64,000 nt of DNA from Candidatus Woesebacteria bacterium (GTDB lineage Bacteria > Patescibacteriota > Microgenomatia > UBA8517), in assembly GCA_020060565.1 (NCBI GenBank), contig JAGVAE010000001.1, positions 66,671-130,670 of the forward strand. The letters are read 5' to 3'. Positions 62,426-64,000 of the stretch are shown piece by piece; the stretch's first letter is position 1; each line of letters begins with the position of its first letter. The notes beneath the pieces are model-generated. The model saw only the letters and a list, made by a program, of their open reading frames with translations. It had not been told where the DNA came from and ran no database searches. The position numbers and the translations under genes are program-made.

Positions 62426-64000
62426 GTGTTTCCCAACGAAGAAGGACTGACAACAGACGAAGTAAAACAAAGACAATCTCAGTTTGGTTTAAACATTCTG
62501 CCTGAAAAACGACCCCCAAGTAAGGCTCTACTTATTTTTCAACAATTGAAAAGCCCGTTGGTGTATGTTCTCTTGTTGGCTGCATTGGTTACTATTGCCA
62601 TCGGCCATTATTCTGATGCAATAATTATTTCTTTTGCGGTACTGATAAACACTATTCTGGGTTTTATCCAAGAAAGTAAGGCTTCAAACGCCCTCTTTGC
62701 TCTTAAAAGCTATGTTGCTCATAAGGCTACTGTTATACGTAATGGGAAAAGAATTACTATTGATACTAAACAACTTGTTCCGGGTGATTTAGTAATTCTT
62801 GGTCAGGGTATAAAAGTCGCAGCCGATGGAAAAATTACATTTGCAAATCGTCTCTATATAGACGAATCGGTATTAACGGGGGAGAGTATACCTGTTAATA
62901 AACAGAAAGGGGACATTGTATTTATGGGAACCACCATATCTTCTGGTCAGGCAGTAATGTTAGTTGAAGGAATTGGGGTCGCAACAAAAATAGGAACAAT
63001 TGCCCAAAAGATTCAAGAAAACGAGGCAGACACTCCGCTTCAAAAACAACTTAAGGTTTTCAGTAGACAATTGGTTGTGATTATTGGAGTTTTGACCCTG
63101 TTAGTTTTTGGTCTAGGAATTTTATATAAGTTCAGTATAACGGAAATATTTACAACCTCCATAGCCCTTGCAGTGTCAAGTATTCCGGAAGGCCTGCTTG
63201 TTTCACTTACTGTAATACTTGCAATAGGGATGCAGAAGATATTGAAACATCGTGGACTGGTAAAAAAACTTTCTGCAGCCGAAACTCTGGGAGGAGTTAC
63301 CACTATTTGTGTCGACAAAACAGGAACTCTCACACAAGGTAAAATGGAAGTTGTCGAACATGTTGGTGATGTAAAAGAGTTGTCTACTCAAGTACTTTTG
63401 GCTAACGATCTTGATGATCCAATTGTTATTTCTGCTTATGAGTGGGGGCGTACAATAGTAAAACATTCCCTTTCAAAATATCAGAGACTGGATAGCATTC
63501 CCTTTTCCCCTAAAGAACGATTTTTTGCAAGTATGCATAAATGGTCAGGAGATAAAAATATGATTTTTGTAAATGGAGCACCAGAATTATTACTTAATTG
63601 GACAGAAACATCCCAAAGTGAGAAGACTGAAATATTGCGGGTTATTGATAATTTAACAGATCAAGGAAGAAGGGTAATCGGATTTGCCAGAAAAGAGGTG
63701 TCAGTCAATAAAAATGTATTGGAAAATAAAGATGCTAAGAGTGGACTTACATGGATTGGAATATTGGCATTCAACGATCCTGTTCGGCTTGGTGTAAAAG
63801 AGGTATTAGAGCAGACAGTTTCTGCTGGCATCAAAACAATTGTTATTACAGGAGATTATCCTAAGACATCCGAATTTGTTCTTCAGGAATTGGGAATATC
63901 CTTTAATAAAGAAGAAATTGTGACAGGGGACGAGATAAATGATTTAACAGTAGAACAATTGGCTCAAAAAGTTAAAACAATCAAACTTTTTGCAAGAACC
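62426..64000 (+). CDS. P-type cation-transporting ATPase (P2-like), 5' part; continues beyond the window
   Basis: GLTTDEVKQRQSQFGLNILPE..., TGES, PEGL and the phosphorylation motif CVDKTGTLTQG. Probable GTG start at 62426, directly after an in-frame TAG. Confidence 0.8.
   Translation, partial: MFPNEEGLTTDEVKQRQSQFGLNILPEKRPPSKALLIFQQLKSPLVYVLLLAALVTIAIGHYSDAIIISFAVLINTILGFIQESKASNALFALKSYVAHKATVIRNGKRITIDTKQLVPGDLVILGQGIKVAADGKITFANRLYIDESVLTGESIPVNKQKGDIVFMGTTISSGQAVMLVEGIGVATKIGTIAQKIQENEADTPLQKQLKVFSRQLVVIIGVLTLLVFGLGILYKFSITEIFTTSIALAVSSIPEGLLVSLTVILAIGMQKILKHRGLVKKLSAAETLGGVTTICVDKTGTLTQGKMEVVEHVGDVKELSTQVLLANDLDDPIVISAYEWGRTIVKHSLSKYQRLDSIPFSPKERFFASMHKWSGDKNMIFVNGAPELLLNWTETSQSEKTEILRVIDNLTDQGRRVIGFARKEVSVNKNVLENKDAKSGLTWIGILAFNDPVRLGVKEVLEQTVSAGIKTIVITGDYPKTSEFVLQELGISFNKEEIVTGDEINDLTVEQLAQKVKTIKLFART

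Overview
The window is a gene-dense, AT-rich bacterial segment whose content and gene losses resemble a Candidate Phyla Radiation (Patescibacteria, Microgenomates-like) genome. TGA is used as a stop codon, so the genetic code is standard.

Most of the window is core information processing:
- the rpmG / tRNA-Trp / secE-nusG / rplK-rplA-rplJ-rplL cluster, punctuated by insertions
- rpsU, rpmB, the def-fmt pair
- mreB and a PBP2 (mrdA-like), dprA-topA
- a consolidated dTMP/one-carbon operon dcd-dut-thyA-folA-glyA-folD
- rpsB-tsf-frr without pyrH, rseP, proS
- ybeY, dnaX-ybaB-recR, cysS
- ychF, rpsF-ssb-rpsR without rplI
- an RF1-type release factor next to rpmE, a HisRS-like gene, dnaB, and a P-type ATPase that runs off the window end

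Five tRNAs are found by eye: Trp-CCA, Thr-GGT, Thr-TGT, Tyr-GTA and Leu-CAA.

The accessory content is two islands:
- a cell-surface/redox island at about 38.2-43.5 kb: Cys- and Thr/Pro-rich surface proteins, a VKOR homologue, an orphan dCache membrane sensor, and a 701-aa surface protein carrying a thioredoxin-fold domain with its CxxC motif ablated
- an adjacent sensing/regulation island at about 43.4-49.8 kb: a substrate-binding protein, a CHASE-PAS histidine kinase, a receiver protein, a sigma-70-family factor, a secreted protein, an ECF sigma factor and a membrane anti-sigma candidate

The most notable observations are:
- an identical 27-nt AT-rich repeat inserted in frame in two unrelated essential genes (rnhB and topA), with variants elsewhere
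- an RF1-type release factor lacking its N-terminal domain
- a HisRS reduced to its catalytic core
- rpsR broken by a 1-nt frame disruption in a C-run
- an HTH/LAGLIDADG-like ORF sitting between divergent tRNA genes and reading into tRNA-Tyr with no stop codon

No CRISPR array, rRNA gene or transposase was seen.
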